Assembly (NCBI GenBank): GCA_037143175.1
Contig: JBAWZF010000011.1
Location: forward strand, 3,747-67,746
Source: a bacterium
GTDB taxonomy: Bacteria; Verrucomicrobiota; Kiritimatiellia; CAIKKV01; CAITUY01
DNA: 64,000 bases
Reading direction: 5' to 3'
Every line of letters starts with the position of its first letter. Positions within the stretch are counted from its first letter, which is position 1. A model generated the notes under the pieces. The model was not told the origin of the DNA and did not search any database. It saw only the letters and a program-made list of their open reading frames with translations. Below are positions 29,982-39,180 of the stretch, piece by piece. The position numbers were made by a program, and so were the translations under genes.

Positions 29982-30380
29982 TTAACGCTTGGAGAACTGG
30001 AAGCGTTTACGAGCACCGGGTTGACCGTATTTTTTACGTTCTTTCATACGGGAATCGCGGGTCATACAACCGCTCGCTTTGAGCGCGGCGCGCAAGGTGG
30101 CGTCGCTTAATTGTAGCGCACGGGAAATAGCCTGACGAAGTGCGCCAGCCTGGCCAACGGTACCGCCGCCGATGAGGCGGGCAGTCAGGTCAAACTTGGT
30201 GAGCGTATCCGTCAGCTTCATGGGCTGTTCGATAAACTTGATCACGGCTTCGTTGCCGAAATAGATCGTTGGATCTTTTTTGTTAACGACCCATTTACCG
30301 GTTCCGGGGGTGAGACACACCCGGGCGACCGACGTTTTCCTGCTGCCTGATGCGCGATATTCTGCAACTTTTTCTGCCAC
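29982..30380 (-). CDS. rpsI: 30S ribosomal protein S9
   Basis: C-terminus GARKRFQFSKR and overall S9 similarity. Confidence 0.95.
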   Translation of the reverse strand: MAEKVAEYRASGSRKTSVARVCLTPGTGKWVVNKKDPTIYFGNEAVIKFIEQPMKLTDTLTKFDLTARLIGGGTVGQAGALRQAISRALQLSDATLRAALKASGCMTRDSRMKERKKYGQPGARKRFQFSKR

Positions 30381-30393
30381 TGGGATACCCTCG

Positions 30394-30825
30394 TTACTTA
30401 ATGTCGATTACTTTAGGGTTCTGAGCGGCATGAGAATGCTCAGCGCCCGCAAAAACCTTCAAACGTTTAATAACCTTCCGGCTCATATGATTACCAGGAA
30501 GCATTCCTTCAACCGCCTTTGTGATCATACGATCAGGATGGCGCTCGCGCATGGCCGCCACTGTTGTGGTCTTGTGGCCGCCCCGGAAACCGGTGTAGCG
30601 CTCATAGATCTTCTTGTCGTCCTTGGTTCCAGTGAGCTTTACGTCCTTGGCATTGATGACGATGACAAAGTCACCGGTATCAATATGGTTCGTAAAGGTC
30701 GCCTTGGTACGCCCACGAAGCAAATTCGCCACCTTGACGGCCATCCGTCCCAGGGGTTTCCCTGCTGCGTCAACAATAAACCAATTACGCTTGATTTCGC
30801 TCTCTTTGGGTAGAGATGTCTTCAT
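30394..30825 (-). CDS. rplM: 50S ribosomal protein L13
   Basis: NWFIVDAAGKPLGRMAVKVANLLRG...YERYTGFRGG matches L13. Confidence 0.95.
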   Translation of the reverse strand: MKTSLPKESEIKRNWFIVDAAGKPLGRMAVKVANLLRGRTKATFTNHIDTGDFVIVINAKDVKLTGTKDDKKIYERYTGFRGGHKTTTVAAMRERHPDRMITKAVEGMLPGNHMSRKVIKRLKVFAGAEHSHAAQNPKVIDIK

Positions 30826-31036
30826 TCTTTGTTCAACCTTTCAGGCCATAAAAAGCGGGCTTGTTTACTTTATTTCAGGGGGATGTGTCAACCACTATTT
30901 CCACCTGATGCTCCTTTCGTCGCCATCAGGCCGGAATAGGAACTGCATTAATTAAGACGTAACACTATCGCGAATCGTAATAAATGTGAAGGAGAATCCT
31001 TTCTTTTCCTCCCTCGTGTTATAAAGTGAGTAGAGT

Positions 31037-32566
31037 TTGATGGATAAGGAGGAGGGTATGGTGGACTCGACATTATCGGTGGCAATACGGGATTTGAAAT
31101 TGATGGCCGGCCAGACGGTGCGGCTACGTGGATGGCTACATGGAAAGCGGGCAGGCGGGAAAGTGGTGTTTTTGCTCGTTCGTGATGGAACCGGCCTTTG
31201 CCAGTGTGTGGTGGAGGGAGCCATGGTGGAGGCCTTTGCCAGTGCCCATGAATTAACGCAAGAGTCGTCGTTGATGATTACCGGGCTGGTTCGGTTGGAT
31301 GAGCGTGCTCCGGGTGGGGCGGAGTTGGCGGTCACGTCCGTCGAGGTGTTGCAGATTTCCAAGGATTATCCCATCAGCCGGAAAGCGCATGGCATTGATT
31401 TTTTGATGGATCACCGACATCTCTGGCTCCGCTCGCCACGACCTGCTGCTATTTTGCGGGTTCGGCATACTGTGATCCGGGCCATTCGCGATTTTTTTGA
31501 CTCTAACGGGTTCACGCTCGTTGATATGCCGATTTTGGTGCCGGGCGCAGGAGAAGATCGGCAGTCCTTGTTTCCTGTGGATTATTTCGGTGAGAAATTA
31601 TTTTTGAGTCAGACGGGGCAGCTTTATCTCGAAAGTGCCTGTATGTCATTGGGTAAGGTTTATTGTTTCGGCCCGACCTTTCGTGCCGAGAAGTCCAAAA
31701 CGCGCCGGCACCTGACGGAGTTCTGGATGGTGGAGCCCGAGATGGCATTTGCCGAATTGGATGATGTGGTGGCTTTGGCTGAAAATATGATCTGTGCCAT
31801 TGTAGCCGCTGTGCTGGAAAAGAATCGGCCCGACCTGGAAGTGCTCGGGCGTGATGTTTCCGACTTGGAGAAAATTGTTAAGCCGTTCCCGCGGATTACC
31901 TACACGGAGGCGGGCGAACTTTTACGGGGCCCCTCCATGCTTCGGAAGCTGGAACAGGAATTGGTGCAGGAAAAGGGGCGTCTGCAGGAGTTGATGAAGG
32001 AGTTGGAGTCTGTGGAAGCGGCGCTTTGTAAGGCAAAAAAGGGATGGCAGCAGGAACAACAGGAAACGCGTATGCGTGAACTCCATGAGGACATACATGA
32101 ACTTGAGCAGGAACTTCTTGTGCGTCCGGAACATATCAGACTGGCCCAGTCATTTGCCTGGGGCGAAGATTTGGGCGGAAGCGATGAGACGATTGTGTCG
32201 CGTCAGTTTGACCGTCCTGTCTTTGTAACGGGCTATCCCCGCGCAGCCAAGGCGTTCTACATGAAGGTCTCTCCCGATGATTCCAGGACGGTGCGGAATT
32301 TTGATCTGCTTGCCCCTCAGGGCTATGGCGAGATTATCGGGGGCAGTCAGCGTGAGGAAAATCCTGACATTATTGAAGAGAGCATGAAGGCCAAGGGCTT
32401 GCGTCCGGAAGATTACGCCTGGTATCTGGATCTTCGACGCTATGGCAGTGTGCCGCACGGGGGATTTGGACTGGGCGTGGAGCGGACGTTGACCTGGCTC
32501 TGCGGGCTCAAGCATGTCAGGGAGACGATTCCGTTTCCGCGCACCCTGGGGCGTGTTTATCCGTAA
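31037..32566 (+). CDS. asnS: asparagine--tRNA ligase (class II; AsnRS/archaeal-type AspRS fold) with a roughly 65-aa coiled-coil insertion
   Basis: Class II motifs FRAEKSKTRRHLTEFWMVEPEMAF and GGFGLGVERTLTWL, and a C-terminal FPR. Inserted heptad-rich segment LRKLEQELVQEKGRLQELMKELESVEAAL...HELEQELL. Confidence 0.75.
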   Translation: MMDKEEGMVDSTLSVAIRDLKLMAGQTVRLRGWLHGKRAGGKVVFLLVRDGTGLCQCVVEGAMVEAFASAHELTQESSLMITGLVRLDERAPGGAELAVTSVEVLQISKDYPISRKAHGIDFLMDHRHLWLRSPRPAAILRVRHTVIRAIRDFFDSNGFTLVDMPILVPGAGEDRQSLFPVDYFGEKLFLSQTGQLYLESACMSLGKVYCFGPTFRAEKSKTRRHLTEFWMVEPEMAFAELDDVVALAENMICAIVAAVLEKNRPDLEVLGRDVSDLEKIVKPFPRITYTEAGELLRGPSMLRKLEQELVQEKGRLQELMKELESVEAALCKAKKGWQQEQQETRMRELHEDIHELEQELLVRPEHIRLAQSFAWGEDLGGSDETIVSRQFDRPVFVTGYPRAAKAFYMKVSPDDSRTVRNFDLLAPQGYGEIIGGSQREENPDIIEESMKAKGLRPEDYAWYLDLRRYGSVPHGGFGLGVERTLTWLCGLKHVRETIPFPRTLGRVYP

Positions 32567-32619
32567 CGGTTTATTGACGTATTATTTAATCGTGATATCT
32601 TGCGCTCAGTTCTTTGATA

Positions 32620-32800
32620 ACCAGAAGCCGTGAAGTAAGTATGGAAGTTCGTGAAATTCGAACGCGGTCGCGCCGCTGTAACCGGATACGAAACCCTTAA
32701 ACCACTCCTGTCAAGGCAGGGGGAAGGTGGGTAGTAGGTCTGAAGCCGGAAGTCAGAAGACGTTTTACTTCATGCTCAATGGACAGGTAACAGGATTTGT
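32620..32800 (+). promoter_or_regulatory. cobalamin (AdoCbl) riboswitch
   Basis: GGAAGTTCGTGAAATTCGAACGCGGTCGCGCCGCTGTAACCGG parallels the E. coli btuB core GGGAAUCCAGUGCGAAUCUGG...GCGCAGCGGUAAGG. B12-box-like ACCACTCC...GGGAAGG. Sits upstream of a TonB-dependent receptor. Confidence 0.8.
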
Positions 32801-32865
32801 TACCCGTCTCTCTTTCGCGATGGAAGAGCAATGAGGCGTAAAACAACTCATAAGACCCTTTTATT

Positions 32866-32900
32866 TTCCATCAGGAAGATCAAAGGGTTTTTGTTTTTTA
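32866..32900 (+). terminator. intrinsic terminator/attenuator (riboswitch expression platform)
   Basis: ACCCTTTT...AAAGGGT hairpin followed by TTTTGTTTTTT, just upstream of btuB. Confidence 0.55.
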
Positions 32901-33009
32901 TGCGTTGAGAGACCGTGAGCAGCTGGCCGATGGAGGTGGATCAGGAATGGGGCGTAGGACTGGATCCGGCGCTCGGGATGCTGAAACGGGTGGATTGGGA
33001 GTCAACGAA

Positions 33010-34875
33010 ATGAAGAAAACAGTATGGATGGGGTTGGTCGTGGCGGGTGGGTTGAGTTGGAGCGAGGCGGCAATCACGAATGAGGTTCCTCTGCAAAGTG
33101 TGGTGGTTACGGCAACACGGGTTGAGCAATCACTTGCGACGGTGGGGAGCTCCGTGACAGTGGTCGATCAGGCGCAACTGGCGGAGCGCCAATGTCGCAC
33201 GGCGTATGACGCCTTGCGTGAAGTTCCCGGGCTGGATGTGGTGCAGTTGGGCGGTGCAGGCGGGACTATGTCGACTCTCATTCGAGGAGCGGCTTCTGAG
33301 CAGACGCTTGTCCTGGTGGATGGGGTCCCTGTTAATGACCCCGCTGGATTGGGGCGTGGCGCCGATCTTTCCCAGATGCCGGTGCAGAATGTCGAGCGCA
33401 TTGAAGTGTTGCGGGGGCCGCAAAGCACCCTCTACGGTGCCGATGCGATTGGCGGGGTGATCAATGTCATCACCAAAAAAGGTGCAGGGCCGGTCGGCGG
33501 CGAGGTGTCTGCCGAGGCGGGCTCCTTTAATACCTTCAATGAGACTGCTGCTGTTCGCGGCGGAACATCAAACTACAATTACTCTGTAGGGGTATCCCGT
33601 CAGGATTCGGACGGCATTTCGAGTGCTGCTGAGAAGAATGGCAATCCTGAGAAAGATGGCTATCACCGGACAGATCTTTCGAGCAAATTGGGGTGGACCC
33701 CGATGGATGAATTTGAGGCCCATGTGCTCGTGCGTTGGAACAAGGCCGACTACGACTACGATGACTTCATGAATGGCCGGCCCGTAGATGGTGACAACCA
33801 TGGTATTTCGGATCTGGTTTCGCTCTATGGGGAGGGGAAGGGGAAGTTGCTTGATGGGCAATGGCGACCGCGTGTGGGTGGGTCATGGGTCAGTCAGAGT
33901 CGTGAGGATACGTCGTCGGTCGGGAATTCTTCATTTGACAGTTTGCTGCAGAAGCTTGAATGGCAGAATGACATGTATTTGGGGAATGCCAATATTGTCA
34001 CGGCCGGTATTGAGGCCCAGCAGGAATCTGCAGAGTCAACCTATGAATCATTCGGATATGTGGATCAGTTTAATCGGAAAACAGCGAAGCATCGCAGTGC
34101 GTATGTGCAGGATATCCTTTCGGCCGGGCCGCTGACGACCACGGTGGGGGGACGGGTGGATAGTTATGATTCATTTGGAACTGAAAACACCTGGCGTGTG
34201 GCTCCGTCGTATGACATGGCGGCCACTGGAACCCGGTTCAAGGGGTCATACGGTACCGGTTTCAAGGCGCCATCCCTGTTTCAACTCTATTCATCCTATG
34301 GTAGCCCGGAATTAAATCCGGAGACCAGTAAGGGGTGGGATGCTGGCGTAGAGCAGGAAGTTGCCGGGGGCTTTCTCGTAGTGGGCGCCACTTATTTTGA
34401 AAATCAGTTTGATGACCTGATTGACTATGATTTTGTCACCATGAAATACGGGAACATCAATCAGGCTGAAACCCGCGGCGTCGAAACTTTTGTCACGGCG
34501 AAGCCGGTGAAAGAACTTTCGGTACGGGCGGCCTACACATATACTGATACGGAAAACAAAATTACCGGTGACCAGTTATTGCGGCGTCCTCGCAACAAGG
34601 TGTCTCTCGATACCACGTATGCGATTACTTCAAAGCTAAAAGGAACGGTCAGTGTCATTTATGTCGGCCAACGAACAGATGAGGACTTTGTGACCTATAT
34701 GCCTGCGACACTGGATGGGTACATGCTGGTGAACCTTTATGCCTCGTATGACGTTCGTAAGAATGTGACATTATTCGGTCGACTTGAAAATCTGTTTGAT
34801 GAGGAATATGAGCAGGCCATCGGCTATGGCACTCCGGGGCGCGCCGGATATGGGGGCGTCAAAGTGACGTTCTAA
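33010..34875 (+). CDS. btuB: TonB-dependent outer-membrane receptor, BtuB-like (vitamin B12 uptake)
   Basis: Signal peptide MKKTVWMGLVVAGG. TonB-box region VVVTATR. Plug and beta-barrel with a C-terminal aromatic residue (VKVTF). Preceded by the cobalamin riboswitch. Confidence 0.85.
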   Translation: MKKTVWMGLVVAGGLSWSEAAITNEVPLQSVVVTATRVEQSLATVGSSVTVVDQAQLAERQCRTAYDALREVPGLDVVQLGGAGGTMSTLIRGAASEQTLVLVDGVPVNDPAGLGRGADLSQMPVQNVERIEVLRGPQSTLYGADAIGGVINVITKKGAGPVGGEVSAEAGSFNTFNETAAVRGGTSNYNYSVGVSRQDSDGISSAAEKNGNPEKDGYHRTDLSSKLGWTPMDEFEAHVLVRWNKADYDYDDFMNGRPVDGDNHGISDLVSLYGEGKGKLLDGQWRPRVGGSWVSQSREDTSSVGNSSFDSLLQKLEWQNDMYLGNANIVTAGIEAQQESAESTYESFGYVDQFNRKTAKHRSAYVQDILSAGPLTTTVGGRVDSYDSFGTENTWRVAPSYDMAATGTRFKGSYGTGFKAPSLFQLYSSYGSPELNPETSKGWDAGVEQEVAGGFLVVGATYFENQFDDLIDYDFVTMKYGNINQAETRGVETFVTAKPVKELSVRAAYTYTDTENKITGDQLLRRPRNKVSLDTTYAITSKLKGTVSVIYVGQRTDEDFVTYMPATLDGYMLVNLYASYDVRKNVTLFGRLENLFDEEYEQAIGYGTPGRAGYGGVKVTF

Positions 34876-34884
34876 GCGGAACGA

Positions 34885-35649
34885 ATGGGGGACAGCATTC
34901 AGAATTCAGGAATGATGGGAAGAATCCTGTTGAGCCCGACCTTGCGTCGGGCTTTCCCCCTTTCTCTGCTTTTGCATGTATTGGCTGTGGCGATAGTTTT
35001 GATCGGCATCAAGTATTGGCCGGTGGCTCCAGTCAGGTCGGTTCCAGTCGGGATGGTATTGGATGTCACCGAGCCAATGCGACCACAGGTGACTGCCGAA
35101 GAGCTGCCTGGGTTGGGCCAGGTGCTGGCGGAGATACCGCCAGAATCACGGATTGTGCCTTCCCCTGCAGTGCCTGAAACCCTTGCGCCCATGATTCCTG
35201 AGCCAGCCATCAAAGCTCCTGACCAGGTGTCGTTGTGGGTGCCGGTGATGCCTGAGGTGAGCCCAGTTGCCGGGGGCTCGCAGATCATGCAACCACCTGC
35301 CGTTCATACGTCTGGCCCGGCGGCGGGCATGGGGGTGCAGTCACAGTCTGTTTCCGGCGAGGGGCAGATTAAAGGTGGGCGGCCTATCGCGCTTTCAGAG
35401 ATCGTGCCGCGTTATCCCTATGGGGCAAGGATGCGTGGCGAGGCAGGGCGGGTGACAGTACATGTGCGCGTAAGTGACAAAGGGGTGGTGGAATCTGTGG
35501 AGGTTGTGAATGGAAGCGGCCATCCGGCATTGGATGACTCGGCCGTCACGGCGACAAAGAAGGCTCGATTCAAGCCTGCTGAGCAGGATGGAAAGCTCGT
35601 TCCTTCCGATATGAATCTACAATTTGAATTCCGGCTTGAGGAGCGGTAA
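34885..35649 (+). CDS. tonB: energy transducer TonB
   Basis: N-terminal TM helix, Pro-rich spacer (PEPAIKAPD...), and C-terminal TonB domain (IVPRYPYGARMRGEAGRVTVHVRVSDKGVVESVEVVNGSGHPALDDSAV). Confidence 0.8.
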   Translation: MGDSIQNSGMMGRILLSPTLRRAFPLSLLLHVLAVAIVLIGIKYWPVAPVRSVPVGMVLDVTEPMRPQVTAEELPGLGQVLAEIPPESRIVPSPAVPETLAPMIPEPAIKAPDQVSLWVPVMPEVSPVAGGSQIMQPPAVHTSGPAAGMGVQSQSVSGEGQIKGGRPIALSEIVPRYPYGARMRGEAGRVTVHVRVSDKGVVESVEVVNGSGHPALDDSAVTATKKARFKPAEQDGKLVPSDMNLQFEFRLEER

Positions 35650-35658
35650 TACTACTCC

Positions 35659-36147
35659 ATGAGCCAGAAAAAACAAAAAGAAGAGAGCTTGAAAAAAATA
35701 GCACTTGGCGACCGGGTCTGGGTCGAACGGTTGAAAGACCATGGCTCCGTGGTGTCTATGAGTGATGATGGGCGTAGAGCGGTCGTCGAGTTGGGTAAAG
35801 TACGGTTTAATCTTGAGCTTTCCGGTCTGGCTCCCGGGCGTGAGAAGGTGAATGCGCGTAGTCGGAAAGTTGAAATCATGCGCCCAGTCCGACGCTCATC
35901 ATCGGCTGTCCGTGAAATTGATATGCATGGACTGCGAGTTGAAGAAATGTTGGTTCGGTTGGATCATTTTTTGAACGAAGCGTTACTGGGCGGGGTGGAT
36001 GAGATTCGTGTCATTCACGGACATGGTTCCGGGGCCTTGAAAAACGCCCTTCATAAGCGCCTGAAAGAAATGGGAATCCGCCACTTCAGGCTGGGTGAAC
36101 CTGGGCAGACCCCCGGCGGGGATGGCGTCACGATTGTGTCTTTGTGA
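35659..36147 (+). CDS. Smr domain-containing protein
   Basis: C-terminal Smr motif IDMHGLRVEEMLVRLDHFLNEA...IRVIHGHGSGALKNAL. Confidence 0.7.
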   Translation: MSQKKQKEESLKKIALGDRVWVERLKDHGSVVSMSDDGRRAVVELGKVRFNLELSGLAPGREKVNARSRKVEIMRPVRRSSSAVREIDMHGLRVEEMLVRLDHFLNEALLGGVDEIRVIHGHGSGALKNALHKRLKEMGIRHFRLGEPGQTPGGDGVTIVSL

Positions 36148-36264
36148 GGGCACGCATTTCATTTTCTGAATATGCGGCAAAAACAGAAATCTTTAAAAGT
36201 CTTGACGCTGATATATCACGTGATATTATTAATGGATAAATACACGTTTGGAAGTGCAGTGCGC

Positions 36265-36900
36265 ATGCGGCAAAAAACAGAACGAGTAACACTCAAGCAG
36301 CGGGCCTATGAGGACATTCTGAAGAATATCCTTGCTGGCCAGTTTGCGCCTGGAGATCTCCTGAATCGGCGGGGCGTGGGACTGCAATTGAAAATGAGTT
36401 CCGCGCCGGTGCATGAAGCCATGATTCAGTTGGAGCGTGACGGTTTTCTGGAGGCCCTGCCGCGACAGGGGACTCGGGTGCGATCCGCCTGCAGGGAGGA
36501 TGTGCGTGGACATCTGGTCGTCCGTGAGGCGTTGGAGTGTCAGGCGGCTCGCATGATTTGTGGGGAGCGCGTGCGGCGGAATCTTTCGAGTCTGACTCCC
36601 TTGGCAGCGGCCGCCGACTCAGTTGAGCAATCAGATTCCCAGCGTGCGGTTAGTGAAGTTGCATTTCATGTGGCCTTGGTCGAGCTTTCCGCGTGTCCGG
36701 CGCTTCTTCGCGAGTATCGGCGCGTGATGCAAATTGGGTTATTCTACCGCATCAACCTGTTGATGGCCATGCCGCTGCGTGAGCCTGAGAATCGTCATCT
36801 CTCATTACTCGAAGAACTCTGTAAAGATACTCCCGAGGTTGCCGCAAATGGGATGAGGCGGCATGTTTGGTCCGGGAAACCGGATTCACTTAAGGCGTGA
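36265..36900 (+). CDS. GntR/FadR-family transcriptional regulator
   Basis: N-terminal winged HTH (LKQRAYEDILKNILAGQFAPGDLLNRRGVGLQLKMSSAPVHEAMIQLERDGFLEALPRQGTRV) and a C-terminal FCD-like helical domain. Alternative in-frame starts at 36172 and 36232. Confidence 0.75.
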   Translation: MRQKTERVTLKQRAYEDILKNILAGQFAPGDLLNRRGVGLQLKMSSAPVHEAMIQLERDGFLEALPRQGTRVRSACREDVRGHLVVREALECQAARMICGERVRRNLSSLTPLAAAADSVEQSDSQRAVSEVAFHVALVELSACPALLREYRRVMQIGLFYRINLLMAMPLREPENRHLSLLEELCKDTPEVAANGMRRHVWSGKPDSLKA

Positions 36901-37457
36901 AACGGAATGGCGGTGACTACGATTTTATCGATGTGTTGATACGGCGTAGCACCGATGGTGGAAAAACTTTTGCACCCGCTGTGAAGCTGGTCGACCACAC
37001 AACATATGGCAATGGGCCGGTGAACAATATCCGTAGTGAATCGGTGCTCCATCGCCGCCTCGTTGCGATTAGTCCCGACGGCGTCTCAGGCTGGCAGGTT
37101 CGCGGGTTTGACAACGCCTTGCAGGATCCGGTTTGCATGGCTAGTATCCTGCGTCATGATTGGGCCGCAGGTGATCAGGCGGGTCGGCTTCTGTTTGCCA
37201 ATCCGGATCCCATCAATCAAACCCCTAATCCGTGTTTTGATCGTAAGCACCTGACCGTCAAGATGAGCTTGGATGACGGCACTACGTGGCCACTCACCAA
37301 AGTCCTCGAAGAGGGACCTGCCGGCTACAGCGATCTAGCCTGTCTTTCAGACGGTACGGCACTCTGCTTCTACGAGTGTGATGCCGTCACTCATATGTGT
37401 GACACCCGATTTTTGCGACTGGCACGGTTTGATAAACAATTCTTACAAAAAGGATAA
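36897..37457 (+). pseudogene. sialidase (BNR/Asp-box, GH33-like) C-terminal remnant
   Basis: Only 186 aa, carrying two Asp-boxes (STDGGKTF, SLDDGTTW). Lacks the N-terminal catalytic blades. The GTG start overlaps the GntR stop, and an in-frame TAA lies immediately upstream. Confidence 0.55.
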
Positions 37458-37459
37458 CA

Positions 37460-38335
37460 ATGAAAACAAAGGGTTTGGTTGCGGCGCCGCCTACGGCATT
37501 CCGCGCGGATAGTAGTATTGATCTGGGTGTGGTGGCTCCGCTGGCTGAGCACCTCCGGCGGCAGGGGGTTGTTGGGGTATTTGTCAACGGTACCACGGGC
37601 GAAGGGATGTCGCTCTGCACCGAAGAGCGGGAGGAACTGGCGGCCGAGTGGCGGCGGGTATTGCCGTCGGGCATGCGGTTATTTGTGCACGTTGGACACA
37701 ACTCCGTGGCTGAATGCAAACGCTTGTCGCAGCATGCCCAGGCCATTGGTGCCGATGCGATCGCGGTGATGGCTCCTGGTTTCTTTAAACCGGCTGGTAT
37801 CGACGGGTTGGTCGACTGGTGTGCCCCGATCGCGGCAGCGGCGCCCGAATTGCCGTTCTATTTTTACCACATGCCCTCAATGAATGGGGTGAATGTCAGT
37901 ATCGCGGACTTTCTTCCGCGCGCGGCGGATCGTATTCCGAGTCTGGCGGGCATCAAATTTACCTTTGAGGCTATGGGCGATTATATGTCCGCCTTGCGTG
38001 TGGCAGGTGGACGATTTGACGTGCTTTGGGGGCGTGACGAAATGCTGCTGGGTGCGCTGGCTATGGGCGCCGAGGGCGGGGTGGGTTCAACCTACAATGC
38101 GATTGCCCCGATTTACCTTAAATTGATCGAGGCTTTCAATCGCGGTGATTGGGAGTCGGCGCGCGATTTGCAGGCTCAGGCAATTGCCTTTATTGATTCC
38201 CTGGTGGCGACGGGTAACTTTTTTGCAGGGCTGAAGGCGTCGCTTCGGGCGCAGGGCGTTCCCATCACACCGGCTGTCCGGTTGCCGCTGGCGTCTGTGT
38301 CCGAGCAGAAACTGGCTCGCATCAAGCTGCCTTGA
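37460..38335 (+). CDS. nanA: N-acetylneuraminate lyase (DapA/NanA family aldolase)
   Basis: DapA-family motifs (GVFVNGTTGEGMSL, Lys-containing IKFTFEA region). The sialidase and GntR context supports NanA over DapA. Confidence 0.7.
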   Translation: MKTKGLVAAPPTAFRADSSIDLGVVAPLAEHLRRQGVVGVFVNGTTGEGMSLCTEEREELAAEWRRVLPSGMRLFVHVGHNSVAECKRLSQHAQAIGADAIAVMAPGFFKPAGIDGLVDWCAPIAAAAPELPFYFYHMPSMNGVNVSIADFLPRAADRIPSLAGIKFTFEAMGDYMSALRVAGGRFDVLWGRDEMLLGALAMGAEGGVGSTYNAIAPIYLKLIEAFNRGDWESARDLQAQAIAFIDSLVATGNFFAGLKASLRAQGVPITPAVRLPLASVSEQKLARIKLP

Positions 38336-38342
38336 GTTGGAT

Positions 38343-38681
38343 CTAATTGCGGGGATGGGGGAGTTGGTTGATTTGCAGTTCCCTGTCCTCTAAATATTCG
38401 CGTAGAGCCATGGGGATTGGCCAGTCGAGAAAGAAATGATTTCCCTGTTTTGTGTGCCAGACCAGGCCGCATTTGGTGGCCAGTACCACTTTGTCCCGGC
38501 GACCCTTAATGGCTTTACCAACCAGTATCTCGGCCATTCCGAGTCCGTAGGCGGGGGCGGTGTCAATGAGGTTGATGCCGGCATCGAGACTCACCTGAAT
38601 GGCTTTGATAGAGGCCTGCTCATCCGTTCCGCCCCACATCCAGCCACCCAAGGTGGAACTATACAAGGTGGATTTCGCCAC
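38343..38681 (-). pseudogene. aldo/keto reductase, N-terminal 112-aa fragment
   Basis: AKR N-terminus (LGGWMWGG...IDTAPAYGLGMAE...KCGL) terminates after 112 aa, where a full AKR is about 330 aa. Confidence 0.55.
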
Positions 38682-39138
38682 CGTTGGCCAGCAGCGCGTC
38701 TATGCCTGGTTTGCCAAGCCGCTGGAGCCTGCGCGCCACGGTTATGCCACGTTGACGATTCATATGCATGGGGAGCCGGTTGATCTTAAGAATTCCCAAT
38801 ATTTGGGGAGATCTACTGATAATAATAGTTTGTATCTGAATGCAAAGCATTCCGATGGCCGCACGGGGATTACTAAGGACTGGGTAGAAGATGACAAGGC
38901 GCCACGGGTAGATAGTTATTTCGACGTTTTGAATTTTGCGGCAAAGGTTTCCTGTCCTGTGTTGATGTGTGCGGGGCTTACGGATACCGTCTCGTCTCCC
39001 ACCTCGGTGTATGCCGTTTATCAGACCGTCAGAGGACAGAAAGAGATTATGACCTGTCCAAATATCGGACATGCGTGGTCACCTGCGTTTGATCGTTACG
39101 CGTGGAACTGGCTTGCGAGAATCATGGCGTTAGAATAA
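38599..39138 (+). pseudogene. acetyl xylan esterase / cephalosporin-C deacetylase (AXE1) remnant with an internal deletion
   Basis: YFDVLNFAAKVSCPVLMCAGLTDTVSSPTSVYAVYQ...GHAWSPAF aligns with the AXE1 C-terminus. The N-terminal beta region is present, but the segment carrying the GxSQG catalytic serine is absent. Overlaps the AKR fragment on the opposite strand. Confidence 0.55.
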
Positions 39139-39180
39139 AGGCGCTGCGATGAAATAAGGGTTTTGAATAATCATCAGTGA

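Noticed and set aside
30895-30935. Hairpin CCTGATG...CATCAGG in the 5' region of the rplM-rpsI operon, a possible L13 leader autoregulatory element
   Set aside because: This is a single 7-bp stem with a 13-nt loop, and I cannot match it to the L13-leader consensus by eye, so I did not list it as a feature.
32905-33009. Upstream in-frame extension of the TonB-dependent receptor gene (MRDREQLADGGGSG...)
   Set aside because: The Gly/Arg-rich extension lacks a signal peptide, and the start at 33010 yields a canonical signal peptide.
36172-36282. Two near-identical ATGCGGCAAAAACAGA start contexts 93 bp apart (36172 and 36265), suggestive of a small duplication or mobile-element end
   Set aside because: The repeat is only about 17 nt with no flanking inverted repeats or transposase, so it is more likely alternative starts of the GntR gene or chance.
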